From positions 3,520,001-3,584,000 of the forward strand of contig OY969811.1 in assembly GCA_963703315.1 (NCBI GenBank): a DNA stretch of 64,000 nucleotides. Direction: 5' to 3'. A model generated the notes under the pieces. That model searched no databases and was not told the origin of the DNA. It was given only the letters and a program-made list of their open reading frames with translations. How positions within the stretch are numbered: position 1 is the stretch's first letter; each line of letters opens with the position of its first letter. Source of the stretch: an uncultured cyanobacterium. GTDB taxonomy: Bacteria > Cyanobacteriota > Cyanobacteriia > Pseudanabaenales > Pseudanabaenaceae. The translations under genes were made by a program, and so were the position numbers. Of this stretch, positions 51,686 to 61,751 are shown one piece after another.

Positions 51686-51937
51686 ATGAATGCAGTTTCT
51701 TATGTTGATGCACAGAGCAACTTGGCAAAAATGATCGATCAAGTATGTGATCATCACGATCCTGTGATCATTACTCGCCATCAACAACCATCCGCAGTGC
51801 TTCTATCACTTGAAGATTATGAATCTCTGGCAGAAACTGCTTACCTTTTAAAAAGTCGTAATAATGCCAAACGAATTTTTGAGGCGATCGCTGAATTAGA
51901 ATCTGGCGGCGGTACTGTACGGGAGCTAATCGAGTGA
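51686..51937 (+). CDS. yefM: Type II antitoxin, Phd/YefM family
   Basis: NLAKMIDQVCDHHDPVIITR, SLEDYESLAETAYLL. Confidence 0.93.
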   Translation: MNAVSYVDAQSNLAKMIDQVCDHHDPVIITRHQQPSAVLLSLEDYESLAETAYLLKSRNNAKRIFEAIAELESGGGTVRELIE

Positions 51938-52188
51938 AGATTATTTTCTCAGAACGTGCTTGGGAAGATTATCTTTACTGGCAAAAAACAGACAAAAAAA
52001 TACTGAATCGAATTAATAGTCTGATTAAAGACATTCAACGCAATCCTTACAGTGGTATTGGCAAGCCAGAACCTTTAAAACATGGATTGTCAGGATATTG
52101 GTCTAGACGTATTGATGATGAGCATAGGATTCTTTACAAGGTTGAAGATGATTTACTTTCACTTGTTCAGATTCGTTATCACTATTAG
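51934..52188 (+). CDS. yoeB: Type II toxin, Txe/YoeB family
   Basis: AWEDYLYWQ, GIGKPEPLK, WSRRIDDEHR, RYHY; GTGA overlap with antitoxin. Confidence 0.95.
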   Translation: MKIIFSERAWEDYLYWQKTDKKILNRINSLIKDIQRNPYSGIGKPEPLKHGLSGYWSRRIDDEHRILYKVEDDLLSLVQIRYHY

Positions 52189-52196
52189 AATAAAAC

Positions 52197-53357
52197 ATGA
52201 ATTATGACGCGATCGCGATTGGTGCTGGGTTATCGGGCTGTAGCGCCGCTATTCAATTAGCAAAACTCGGTTATCGAGTTCTCCTACTAGAGCAGAGTCA
52301 TTATCCCGTACACAAACTCTGTGGCGAGTTTCTCTCTGTTGAAGTTACCGCAGCATTTGAAAACTTAGGAATATTAGAACAGGTTCACAAAGTTGGCGCA
52401 CATCCTATTCATCGGGCTTATTTGACAACCTCTAGCGGTGCATCCTTTCGGAGTCAATTGCCTAGTACTGCCCTCGGACTCAGCCGCTATCAACTAGATC
52501 TGATGCTATTTGAACGTGCAAAAGCCTTGAATGTCACTTGTATCGACAATGCTAAGGTTACAGGTGTTACAGGAAACTTGACAGAAGGATTTACAGTTAG
52601 CACTAGCAAAGGAGAATTCTCTGGACGCTTAGTATTGGGCGCATTTGGAAAACGTTCTTCCCTCGATCGCACTCTGAATCGTTCATTTATCCAAAAGCGA
52701 TCGCCTTGGATTGCTTACAAAGGACATTTCACAGGTGTGGATATTGGTGATGTGATTGAATTGCATAGTTTCCCAAATGGATATTGTGGACTGTCACAAA
52801 TTGAAACAGGCGAAATTAATGTTTGTTGGATTGCCCATGAGCGCGTCATGAAAGAGCCAACGCATCCAGAATTAGGTATTCCTGAATCTCTAGCCAAAAA
52901 TTCTGTCCTCGCCGATCGCTTCCGTAATATGCAGCGAGTATCACCATCATTGCAAGGATTAAGTCAAATTAGCTTTGCGATGAAAGAGAACTTTCATCAT
53001 GATATTTGTATGATTGGTGATACAGCAGGCATGATCACGCCGCTATGTGGCGATGGCATGGCGATGGCGTTGCGATCATCGGAAATCGCTGTTCCCTTTG
53101 TCAGTCAGTTTCTCGAACAGCAAATTAGCGCGATCGCCTTTAAACAACAATATGCGATCGCATGGCAAAAGGAATTTCAAATGCGATTGCAATTAGGTCG
53201 GATTATGCATAATTGCTTTGTGCAGCCACCCCTTGCGAATATGGGCGTGAGTCTCTGTCAGATGGTTCCCGCCTTGGGAAATTGGATTATCGGCGCAACT
53301 CGTGGCAAACCCCAGCCATTACTCAACAGCGATTTTGCGAGTAATGCGCTCACCTAG
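52197..53357 (+). CDS. FAD-dependent oxidoreductase/monooxygenase (type III PKS-associated)
   Basis: IGAGLSG, HKLCGEFLS, IGDTAGMITPLCGDGMAMA. Confidence 0.88.
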   Translation: MNYDAIAIGAGLSGCSAAIQLAKLGYRVLLLEQSHYPVHKLCGEFLSVEVTAAFENLGILEQVHKVGAHPIHRAYLTTSSGASFRSQLPSTALGLSRYQLDLMLFERAKALNVTCIDNAKVTGVTGNLTEGFTVSTSKGEFSGRLVLGAFGKRSSLDRTLNRSFIQKRSPWIAYKGHFTGVDIGDVIELHSFPNGYCGLSQIETGEINVCWIAHERVMKEPTHPELGIPESLAKNSVLADRFRNMQRVSPSLQGLSQISFAMKENFHHDICMIGDTAGMITPLCGDGMAMALRSSEIAVPFVSQFLEQQISAIAFKQQYAIAWQKEFQMRLQLGRIMHNCFVQPPLANMGVSLCQMVPALGNWIIGATRGKPQPLLNSDFASNALT

Positions 53358-54590
53358 AGCTATGCCACAACCTGCGAGGAGAAAAGCGATCGCCGCTAGC
53401 AAAATCACATTCGGTGTCGAAATCATTTCCGCAGGTTTCGGCACTAAATAACCAAAAATCGCGATCGCCCCTGACAAACCACCAAAGAACATTCCCACAG
53501 TCAAACCACTTAGCGATTTGGGAACCATGGTCAGGGCAAAGGCAACCATGCCATTGTTCACCGCACTGAGACAGGCTAGCATCACGATAATGATCATGAT
53601 TGCGGCGATCGCGCCATAGCCCACCGTGAGCAAACCTAGCCCTGCGGCGATCCCCCCTAAGCTAAAGATCATCAAGCGTTTGTTATCTATCAATTTTGAG
53701 ATTGCACCAGTACCGAGCGCTAATAGTGCTTGGGTAATCAATGCCGATCCCATTAATACTTCAAAGGATAAACCTGTAAATCCTGTAAGGTCCGCTTTGA
53801 GAGTGCGGGGTAACACATCACCCATTAACAAACGTATGCCTAAACCGATCGCTGCACCAACAAATAGAACGATTGCTAAATTGCTCAAGCACTCTCGAAT
53901 CGGTAACGGTTCATTTTTTTCTAATTCGGGATTGAGATTTTTGGGAATATAGGTCATCGCACCTCGCAAACTTGCCACACTTGCTAGTAAAACAATTGAG
54001 GCGATCGTAAAAGTTGCAGGTGCGCCCAGCGACAAAATAAATTTTGTACCCAAAGGTTTGATCGAACCAACAAAACCACCCACTAGAGTTAAAACACTGC
54101 CTGCAAGGGGTAATTTTGTCGCTCCCGCAAAGATCCCCAGTAAACAAATGACAGGACTCCGAAAACTCGCCATGACCATTGCCCAGAGGATCGCTAAGCT
54201 GAGCAGAACTATGCGCGTAATCTCATTGGAACCACCGAAAATAGCAATGCAGGGCAAGCCAATAAATAAAGCTGTCGAGGCGATCGCTGCTGCCACAATA
54301 AATGGCATCCGTGAGCTATACCAACGTTGCCAGAGATCGGACAAACCGCCAAATAATGGCTCAACGATTACAGCGATCGCACTTTCAATTACTAATATCA
54401 GCGCTGTTAACTGTTGCGCTTGACTCGCGGAATAGCCAAAAACCTGTTCGATAAACTGCGGTAAATAGATCCCGTAAGCAATCCAAGTCAGAGACATGGC
54501 TCCCTGAACTGACGCTAAGCCCCATACTTGGAGCCAACGCACTTGGTTAGATGCTGGATTTGATCCCTGATTTGGTGGTGCGATCGCCAT
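53319..54590 (-). CDS. MFS transporter (start moved to ATG 54590)
   Basis: About 12 TM helices, EPLFGGLSD..RMPF motif. Confidence 0.8.
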   Translation of the reverse strand: MAIAPPNQGSNPASNQVRWLQVWGLASVQGAMSLTWIAYGIYLPQFIEQVFGYSASQAQQLTALILVIESAIAVIVEPLFGGLSDLWQRWYSSRMPFIVAAAIASTALFIGLPCIAIFGGSNEITRIVLLSLAILWAMVMASFRSPVICLLGIFAGATKLPLAGSVLTLVGGFVGSIKPLGTKFILSLGAPATFTIASIVLLASVASLRGAMTYIPKNLNPELEKNEPLPIRECLSNLAIVLFVGAAIGLGIRLLMGDVLPRTLKADLTGFTGLSFEVLMGSALITQALLALGTGAISKLIDNKRLMIFSLGGIAAGLGLLTVGYGAIAAIMIIIVMLACLSAVNNGMVAFALTMVPKSLSGLTVGMFFGGLSGAIAIFGYLVPKPAEMISTPNVILLAAIAFLLAGCGIALGERITRKIAVE

Positions 54591-54646
54591 AAAGCTTTCC
54601 TTATTTGTGTCAGCTAATAGAGGAGCGAAAAGCGCCCCTCTATTAG

Positions 54647-55306
54647 TTAAAATTTCGTACAGCCTTGCATAGAAATAGTGCCATTGGGTAGCGTCGCACG
54701 GCAAAGATTAGCCTGACTCAGATCCACATCAGTGAGATTTGCTCCTGTCAAATCAGCGCGATAGAGATCTGCCCCCCTAAGTGTTGCTCCTGTTAAATCA
54801 GCACCATAGAGGCTAGCATTCCGCAAAGAGGCATTAGTGAGGTTGGCACGGTTGAGCTTGGCATAGACCAACTCGATATCAATCAAATTCGCGTTTTGTA
54901 AATTTGCATCGGTCAAGTCAGCATATTTCCAGCGACTATTCCGTGCATTTGCCCCAGACAAATTGGTTTGGATCAAATCGCTATTAATCAAGAAAGTGTT
55001 GCGAAGATCAGAGTTGCTGAGATCCGCACCTCGAAAATCAGCATAGTACATAGTGCTAAAAGCCAAAGTTGCCCCAGAAAGCACACTTCTTCGCAGATCC
55101 GCAACATCAAGGAATGATTCGCGCAGATTTGCCCCGCTAGCAGTGATGCCACTTAGTTCACAGCGTTGGCAAGTGCGGTGTTCTAGTAAAGACTTGAGGT
55201 GGTCGGCATTTTGCGCTTGTACGCTTGCTGCGCCAAGCGTCATCATGCTAGCAATGAGAGTGCTAGCGATCGCAGTCACGGAGTGAGTAAAGGCTGTTGA
55301 CTTCAT
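54647..55306 (-). CDS. Exported pentapeptide repeat protein
   Basis: Signal peptide, CQRCEL, A(D/N)Lxx repeats. Confidence 0.9.
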   Translation of the reverse strand: MKSTAFTHSVTAIASTLIASMMTLGAASVQAQNADHLKSLLEHRTCQRCELSGITASGANLRESFLDVADLRRSVLSGATLAFSTMYYADFRGADLSNSDLRNTFLINSDLIQTNLSGANARNSRWKYADLTDANLQNANLIDIELVYAKLNRANLTNASLRNASLYGADLTGATLRGADLYRADLTGANLTDVDLSQANLCRATLPNGTISMQGCTKF

Positions 55307-55654
55307 AAAAAAGTACCTATATTTAGCAATCCCTCTTTAATTGTTATCATACGCCCCCTCTCGGCAACACCGCAAAATGTAACAAAAAATAGAAAGTAAC
55401 CAAAACCCAAAAATTCTTCGTTAATTTGGATAAAAAGGCATTGCATCCGTTCATATACCTATTTGTTGATCACTCCTAATTTACAATCAAGTTACTACGG
55501 AAAAATAGTCACAAATAGAAGAAAAGTCTTATTCTTGAAATGTAATCGCATCCTCAGCGATCGCTGCCCAAACCAAGCGCAAGATATTTGTCTAAGATAA
55601 GCTATTTGTGGGCTAAGTCACCAGCAACCATAGACGTATTCGGGTAAAATTTAA

Positions 55655-55751
55655 TAAGACTTACGCAAAATGACAAAATGTAGAAGAAGAAAGTCATGAA
55701 TTACTCCTAACTACAAAATGCGGGTTTCAAGAGGTTTGTGAGTAAGTCCTA
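55655..55751. mobile_element. Degenerate cttacgca-TIR miniature element
   Basis: taagacttacgcaaa ... tttgtgagtaagtccta, same TIR family as 282-432. Confidence 0.55.
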
Positions 55752-55793
55752 ATTTAACCAAGATGGTTAGTATTTTAGAAAGGAAATCATATT

Positions 55794-57047
55794 TTGTCTA
55801 ACCCAGATTCCAACACAAATCAGCCTCGACTTTTATCATTCACCCTTGACGGTTGGTCTGTTTTGGGTGGTCGTGTTACTGTGTCTTTACACGATGGTGT
55901 TGCAGTATTAGTTGGTCTCAATGGATCTGGGAAATCAGCTATTATTGAAGGATTTGAAGCGATTTCATTATGTGCAATTGTCAAATCTAAGCAAGTTCCA
56001 TACAATAATGGCGACAGTATTCCCAAAATATTAGAAATCCAAGTTTTGACACCGACTGACCGTCTGATAGCATACAAGTTTGAACTTGTACAGACAACTA
56101 AACTCGATAAAAATTTGAATGTAGATACTTTTACGAGTGATAACTTAGAAGGAGACAATTTGTTGTGGAATGAACATTGTCAATATACTGATGGAGACAA
56201 TGAAATTTTGTGGACAACTACACATGGATTAACAAGTTATAAAAAAGCAGACGGTTCGATTGACACTTTTTTGGGCAATATGTATTCTGCTAGACAGCTA
56301 TATTATGTTAACAACTTATCATTAAATATTCCTAATGAGATTTATTGGATCAACACCGTTCTTACAGGCATTCGTCTAATTAATAAGACTTTTATTCGTC
56401 AAACGTCTGGTCGTAGAGAATCTTTACTAAAAGTATCCCCACGTGAAGTTATTTCCATTAATGGTATTAGTGGTATTAATGGTCTTTTAGAATTAGCAGA
56501 TAGCCTAGCCTTAAGAATACGTCGCATGGAGAGTAGAGAAGTTGACGAACTTAAAAGCATCTGCCAGCGAATCGGAATTGGAGAGATAACTGTCCAGAAA
56601 TTTATCTTAAGTGAACCTCTTAACGAAAAAGCCGAAAGAGAAGACAAAGAGTATATCTTGTCTGTGGAGTTAGATAGAGTTAATATCGGATTACTATCCG
56701 ATGGAACACTTAAAGTCTTATCTATTCTTATAGAGATAATTACTTTAAAGCCTAGTTCAACAATAATAATTGAGGAGCCTGAAGCACAGATTCATCCTGC
56801 GATGTTAGCAAGGTTACTCAATGAGATCGAGACTTATACTTACGGTCAAAATTTAATTGTTTCAACACATTCTCCACAAGTAGTCGCATGGACAAGCCCA
56901 GAAAAAATTAATCTAATTCATCGTAAGGATGGACAGACATTTGTTCGTAAATTAGGTGAAGATCAGATTCACAATGTCATCGAATATTTGTCTGAAGAAG
57001 GGGACTTCGGCGAATGGATTTACAGTGGTATTCTCGATGATGAGTAA
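55794..57047 (+). CDS. ABC-type ATPase (AAA_15/AAA_21-like)
   Basis: Walker A GLNGSGKS, signature LSDGT, Walker B IIIEEPE, H-loop STHSP; TTG start. Confidence 0.85.
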   Translation: MSNPDSNTNQPRLLSFTLDGWSVLGGRVTVSLHDGVAVLVGLNGSGKSAIIEGFEAISLCAIVKSKQVPYNNGDSIPKILEIQVLTPTDRLIAYKFELVQTTKLDKNLNVDTFTSDNLEGDNLLWNEHCQYTDGDNEILWTTTHGLTSYKKADGSIDTFLGNMYSARQLYYVNNLSLNIPNEIYWINTVLTGIRLINKTFIRQTSGRRESLLKVSPREVISINGISGINGLLELADSLALRIRRMESREVDELKSICQRIGIGEITVQKFILSEPLNEKAEREDKEYILSVELDRVNIGLLSDGTLKVLSILIEIITLKPSSTIIIEEPEAQIHPAMLARLLNEIETYTYGQNLIVSTHSPQVVAWTSPEKINLIHRKDGQTFVRKLGEDQIHNVIEYLSEEGDFGEWIYSGILDDE

Positions 57048-57615
57048 TATTAAAATCGCCTTAATTGCTGAGGATGAAACAGACTGTGCAGCAATTCGCA
57101 AAATTGTTCATCGTGTCCTTGGGACAGAAGTGGCAACCAAAAAATGGGCTTCTAACGGTTGTAGTACATTAAGGAAAAAGCTAACAGCAAAGCTGAAAGT
57201 GCTTTCCAGTGAAGGATGTAATATTTTTATTGTCGTTCATGATTTGGATCGTAATCCTCAGAATGTCTCCCTCAACAATGAGGCAGCATTGCGCTCAAAA
57301 CTAGAAGCATTATCCTCAGAAATTAAAAGTCTTAATAAACATATCTGTATTCCCATTGAAGAATTAGAAGCTTGGTTTTGGTCTGATCCCGAAGTTATCA
57401 AATATCTTGGTGGTGAAAAAGGGAAAGCGCATCCTAACCCTCACGAAATTAAATCTCCTAAAGAAAAACTAATAGAATTATCGAGAGATGCAAGTAGAAA
57501 GCCTCGTTACAGTACTAACGATAATGATAAATTGGCGACCATGTTAAATTTAGATCTATGTTCTAAACGATGTTCTTCATTTAGGGAGCTAGTCAAATTT
57601 TTGCGATCTCTCTAA
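57037..57615 (+). CDS. DUF4276-like TOPRIM-fold protein (start moved to ATG 57037 or 57040)
   Basis: IALIAEDETD, VVHDLD, IPIEELEAWF, PKE, CSSF; overlaps ATPase stop. Confidence 0.75.
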   Translation: MMSNIKIALIAEDETDCAAIRKIVHRVLGTEVATKKWASNGCSTLRKKLTAKLKVLSSEGCNIFIVVHDLDRNPQNVSLNNEAALRSKLEALSSEIKSLNKHICIPIEELEAWFWSDPEVIKYLGGEKGKAHPNPHEIKSPKEKLIELSRDASRKPRYSTNDNDKLATMLNLDLCSKRCSSFRELVKFLRSL

Positions 57616-57661
57616 AACTTGTACTGAGAGTTTCTGGAGTTCATATACAGCGTAGTCCATT

Positions 57662-59179
57662 CTATACAAGTCCCAAAGAAGATGCAACCAAATGTCCACA
57701 GGCAAAGCCTGAAAATGCGACTGCATTTAAACCTTGACCGGGGAAAGTACTATCACCAACACAATATAAATCGGGAATAGAAGTTCTATTAAAAGGCATT
57801 CCCAAAAGACCTAAAGGCTTGCTCGCAGGAATAGGTCCATAAGTTCCATCGGCGCGACCGAGAAAGCGGCGATGACTGCGAGGAGTACCCACTTCTTGAT
57901 AGTCCAGACATTTTTCTAATTTGGGGAAAATTGCTAACAGGCGATCGCATAATTTCTCAGCCGCCGCATTTTTCTTCTGCTCATATTCCGAAGCAGATAA
58001 ACCTTCCCATTCGCTCATCCAACTAGGTGTGAAGGTATGCACAATGTGATAACCATCAGGCGCAAGCGATCGATCTAGCAAAGTAGGAATCGATACAAAA
58101 ATCGTGCCTTGTTCCTTCTGCATATCATTCCAATCTTCGAGCAAAATATGGTGACAGGCGGCATCATTAGGAATTGCGGAAGCTTCTACACCGAGATGTA
58201 AACTTAAGAAACTAGGGGATTTTTGATAGCGTGATTGCCATCTTTTTTCACCACTGGGCAGAGGTTCATCCTTGAGCAAGTTTCCAAATGTATCCCAACG
58301 TGTGGCATTGGAAACAACTTTCTTGGCATAGAGAATTTCGCCATTCGCCAGTTTCACGCCGATCGCCCCTTTACCCGACTTAGCTTTAGGAATAATCTGA
58401 GTAACTCTTGCGCCATAGCGAATTTCACCACCTGCTTTATCTAAACCTTCGGCAAGTTTTTCGGCAATCTTGCCCACACCGCCAACGGGATAGTTAATGC
58501 CCCCGTAATGGCGATCGCTAAAGACCATCCCTGCATTAATTGCAGGTGTGCGATCGGCGGGAACCACTGACCAGCAGTAGCATTCCATATCGATGAATTG
58601 CAACAACTCAGGATCGCGAATATATTTCTTGGCAATATCACCTGCATTTTGGGGCAGATAAGCAGCTAAGCCTAAACAAGCGAAGGGATTCTGGAAAAAT
58701 ACGCGCATCAAGTAGCGCCATTCTTCGAGGGACAGCAACTCGATCGCATTTAAGCAATTAAAAATCTTCCAACATTCATCATAAAACTTGCGAATCCCCT
58801 CACGCTCATGGGGAAAGCGATCGCCTAATTCTTTAATGAACTGCGCGTAGTCGCGATGCACCTCGATTTCCAGATTATTCGGCAAATGGTAATGGATCTG
58901 TACAGGATCGGGAATTGTCTCCATTTTCATATTCACCGCCGCCAATGCACGGGTGAGGAGGTTAGTCGTGCCGCGATCGCCAAAGCCAAAAATCATCGAT
59001 GCACCCACATCAAAGCGGTAGCCATTGCGCTCAAAACAGCCGCCACTGCCCCCCGCAATCAAGTAGCGCTCTAGGACAATTACGCTTGCCCCTTTCGCTG
59101 CTAATTGCGTGGCGGTGACTAATCCACCAATCCCTGAGCCAATTACAATTACGTCCGCATCGAGTGTTTGCGTCATCAC
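57662..59179 (-). CDS. crtH: Carotenoid isomerase
   Basis: [54 protein letters not shown]. Confidence 0.95.
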   Translation of the reverse strand: MMTQTLDADVIVIGSGIGGLVTATQLAAKGASVIVLERYLIAGGSGGCFERNGYRFDVGASMIFGFGDRGTTNLLTRALAAVNMKMETIPDPVQIHYHLPNNLEIEVHRDYAQFIKELGDRFPHEREGIRKFYDECWKIFNCLNAIELLSLEEWRYLMRVFFQNPFACLGLAAYLPQNAGDIAKKYIRDPELLQFIDMECYCWSVVPADRTPAINAGMVFSDRHYGGINYPVGGVGKIAEKLAEGLDKAGGEIRYGARVTQIIPKAKSGKGAIGVKLANGEILYAKKVVSNATRWDTFGNLLKDEPLPSGEKRWQSRYQKSPSFLSLHLGVEASAIPNDAACHHILLEDWNDMQKEQGTIFVSIPTLLDRSLAPDGYHIVHTFTPSWMSEWEGLSASEYEQKKNAAAEKLCDRLLAIFPKLEKCLDYQEVGTPRSHRRFLGRADGTYGPIPASKPLGLLGMPFNRTSIPDLYCVGDSTFPGQGLNAVAFSGFACGHLVASSLGLV

Positions 59180-59211
59180 ATTTCTGAATCAAAACTTTTT
59201 CTTACTATAGC

Positions 59212-59400
59212 GTTTTATACAGACACACAAGATGTCTGAGCTATTTTGTGTGTCTGTATAAAACCTTTACTGGGTTTGACTTTTAATTCACAAAAGTGTG
59301 ACAAAACTTTTGTGAATTGGTATTACAGCCTGTATCTGTTTTCCAGAAAAATCTAAAAGCTGTGGCTCACGTTGAACGTGAGCCACAGCTTTTAGATTTT
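59212..59400. repeat. Cluster of three palindromic elements
   Basis: Inverted repeats at 59212-59264, 59285-59318 and 59347-59400. Confidence 0.75.
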
Positions 59401-59424
59401 TAAAATTTTCTCCCCCCTGCAAAA

Positions 59425-59451
59425 TATAAGACCCGCTATGCGAGTCTTATA
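59425..59451 (-). terminator. Probable intrinsic terminator of the small ORF
   Basis: tataagac-ccgctatgcga-gtcttata hairpin followed by T-run on minus strand, 3 nt after the stop codon. Confidence 0.6.
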
Positions 59452-59454
59452 ACC

Positions 59455-59598
59455 TTAATGGCGATGGTAGCGTCGTGAGTTATTTCTTACTGGTATAGGA
59501 ATTAACTCGGGTTGGGGTTGATTTTGTCCCAAAAGGGATTCCAAAACACGATTTAGAATTTCGCCGATTTCTTTTAATGCTTTCTTAATCGCTTTCAC
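59455..59598 (-). CDS. Small 47-aa protein with PQPELIPIPVR motif (not in ORF track)
   Basis: GTG start with GGGAG RBS; MKAIKKALKEIGEILNRVLESLLGQNQPQPELIPIPVRNNSRRYHRH; downstream terminator. Confidence 0.7.
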   Translation of the reverse strand: MKAIKKALKEIGEILNRVLESLLGQNQPQPELIPIPVRNNSRRYHRH

Positions 59599-59631
59599 TA
59601 TGCTTGGCTCCCTATCATCATCTAGGTTTAT

Positions 59632-60891
59632 TTACTTAATCATAACAAATCTTTTTCTAAACAAATCTAAAGCTGACATTACAGTTGCCTTTCTAATCCA
59701 ATTTCTACCTCTAGAGGGACTAAAACGTAGCTCGATCGCCTCAACATTGCCCAAATGATCAGCGATCCCCACATAAACTAAGCCCACAGGTTTAGTCTCA
59801 GTACCACCCGTTGGTCCCGCGATCCCCGTGATGCTGATCCCCCAATCAGATTTGAGTTTTGCTTTGACCCCGATCGCCATTTGTTCGGCAACGATCGCAC
59901 TAACGGCTCCATGCTGATCGAGAATTTGGCGATCGACATTGAGTAAATCAACTTTGACATCGTTGCTATAACTAATCACGCCACCGAGAAAATAACTGGA
60001 ACTCCCTGACACCTCAGTTAAAGTTTCGCCTAACCATCCCCCTGTGCATGATTCGGCAACGGCTAGAGTTTGACCACCCGCTTGCAAAAGTCTGCCAGCA
60101 ACAGTCGCCAGCGTATCGTCATCAGTGCCATAGCAAAATTCGCCCGTAAGTTCACGAATCTCCGCTTCAACGGGAGCGATTAAGGCGATCGCCTCTTCCT
60201 GCGTATTTGCACGAGCAGTGATCCGCAACCTTGCCTGTCCATAATTGGCGTATGGCGCAACGGTAGGATTTTTAAGATCAAATAAATGATTGACTTTAGT
60301 AGCTAGAGCAGACTCCGCAATGCCCCAGTACAGCAATACCTTCGAGTGAAATGTCCCCTGTCCGTAGTTTCTAGCTTGCAGCAAAGGTGCAGCCGTTTGC
60401 TCCCACATTGGATAAAGCTCACTCGGTACACCCGGAAAGGTGAGAATTAATAAATTAGGACGTGGTTCCCAGATCATCCCAGGGGCAGTACCAACGGGAT
60501 TATTTAAAATTTCGGCTCCCTTGGGCAATAAGGCTTGTTTACGATTGTTAGCCGTGAGTGTCCTGCCTGTTTGCGCTGCCATCTGCTGGATGCGCTCCCA
60601 AATTTCGGGACGTTCTTCGAGGGGCGTATTAAAAAATTTAGCGATCGCCTCAGTCGTCAGATCATCAGGCGTAGGTCCTAGTCCACCCGTAGTAATAATC
60701 AAGTTAGAGCGACTAGCCGCAATTTCTAGAGCCTGATGAATGCGATCGGGATTATCACCAACAACGGTTTGATAAAAATGAGGGACACCTAATAAGGCAA
60801 GTTGCTGTGCCAAGTACTGAGCATTGCTATTTAGAATCTCACCCAGCAATAACTCTGTACCAATGCAAAGGATTTCCGCGCCAACATTCAT
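59632..60891 (-). CDS. cinA: Competence/damage-inducible protein A (start moved to ATG 60891)
   Basis: IGTELLLG, TGGLGPTPDDLT, AESCTGG, GAVS, SITGIAGP. Confidence 0.95.
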   Translation of the reverse strand: MNVGAEILCIGTELLLGEILNSNAQYLAQQLALLGVPHFYQTVVGDNPDRIHQALEIAASRSNLIITTGGLGPTPDDLTTEAIAKFFNTPLEERPEIWERIQQMAAQTGRTLTANNRKQALLPKGAEILNNPVGTAPGMIWEPRPNLLILTFPGVPSELYPMWEQTAAPLLQARNYGQGTFHSKVLLYWGIAESALATKVNHLFDLKNPTVAPYANYGQARLRITARANTQEEAIALIAPVEAEIRELTGEFCYGTDDDTLATVAGRLLQAGGQTLAVAESCTGGWLGETLTEVSGSSSYFLGGVISYSNDVKVDLLNVDRQILDQHGAVSAIVAEQMAIGVKAKLKSDWGISITGIAGPTGGTETKPVGLVYVGIADHLGNVEAIELRFSPSRGRNWIRKATVMSALDLFRKRFVMIK

Positions 60892-60945
60892 ATATCTTGA
60901 TCTCACTTGCTAAAAATAAAAGGGGCGCAAAACGCCCCTTTTATT

Positions 60946-61347
60946 TTAAACTTCTCGTCGTTTCGGCTTTTCAATATTGATCCGAGGACGCTCAACTTGT
61001 ACTTGTTGACGCTCTTCTGATTGCCGCTCTTCTGATCGCTCAGTATTTCGGTCTTGATAATCGTCAGAGTTGGCGTTAGGAGTAGGATCGAAAATCTCAA
61101 ATCTAGCGGTATGACCAGCTTCTTGAGCCGCAGTCATAACCACTGTCCGTATCGCTTGGATTGTCCGTCCCCCTCTACCAAAAATTCGCCCTCGATCTTC
61201 TGGATCGAAAGCAACTCTGATCCAGACGCGATCGCTGTTGCTATTTGACTCAAAATCTACCTTCAAGGCATCTGGATGAGCTAATAAAGGCTTCAGCAAA
61301 AAACTAATTAAGGCGTTGTAGTCTGGCACAAGCTTGGATTGGCACAA
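60946..61347 (-). CDS. khpA: KH domain RNA-binding protein
   Basis: DRGRIFGRGGRTIQAIRTV; directly downstream of rpsP. Confidence 0.88.
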   Translation of the reverse strand: MCQSKLVPDYNALISFLLKPLLAHPDALKVDFESNSNSDRVWIRVAFDPEDRGRIFGRGGRTIQAIRTVVMTAAQEAGHTARFEIFDPTPNANSDDYQDRNTERSEERQSEERQQVQVERPRINIEKPKRREV

Positions 61348-61368
61348 ATTGAGAATTAATTCAGCTAA

Positions 61369-61617
61369 CTAGGCAGTAACAAGATCGAATACTTTAGCTT
61401 TTTCAAGGATGCGACGTACTGTGTCAGTAGGTTGAGCGCCTTGCTTAATGCGAGTAACGATCGCAGGTACATCTAGTTGGGTTTCTTTGGTGCGGGGGTT
61501 ATAGAAACCAAGCTCAGCGAGGGGACGACCATCGCGACGGCTGGTGCTATTTACGGCAACGATGCGATAGCTGGCTTCAAACTTTTTGCCAAATCGCTTT
61601 AATCTCAACTTCATCAT
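61369..61617 (-). CDS. rpsP: 30S ribosomal protein S16
   Basis: [33 protein letters not shown]. Confidence 0.97.
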   Translation of the reverse strand: MMKLRLKRFGKKFEASYRIVAVNSTSRRDGRPLAELGFYNPRTKETQLDVPAIVTRIKQGAQPTDTVRRILEKAKVFDLVTA

Positions 61618-61751
61618 GGGTTTATAGCTCTAATTTCTGCGTGATTCGGTTCAATATTTTAGCAGAATTATTATCCTAGCATTATTTAGAATATCTTTGA
61701 AAGCTATGTTTACAACTTAGCTGACATCCTTCGCATCTCTAGAATAGAACC

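Noticed and set aside
53626..54423. Plus-strand ORFs 53626-53952 and 54058-54423
   Set aside because: Antisense shadows of the MFS transporter.
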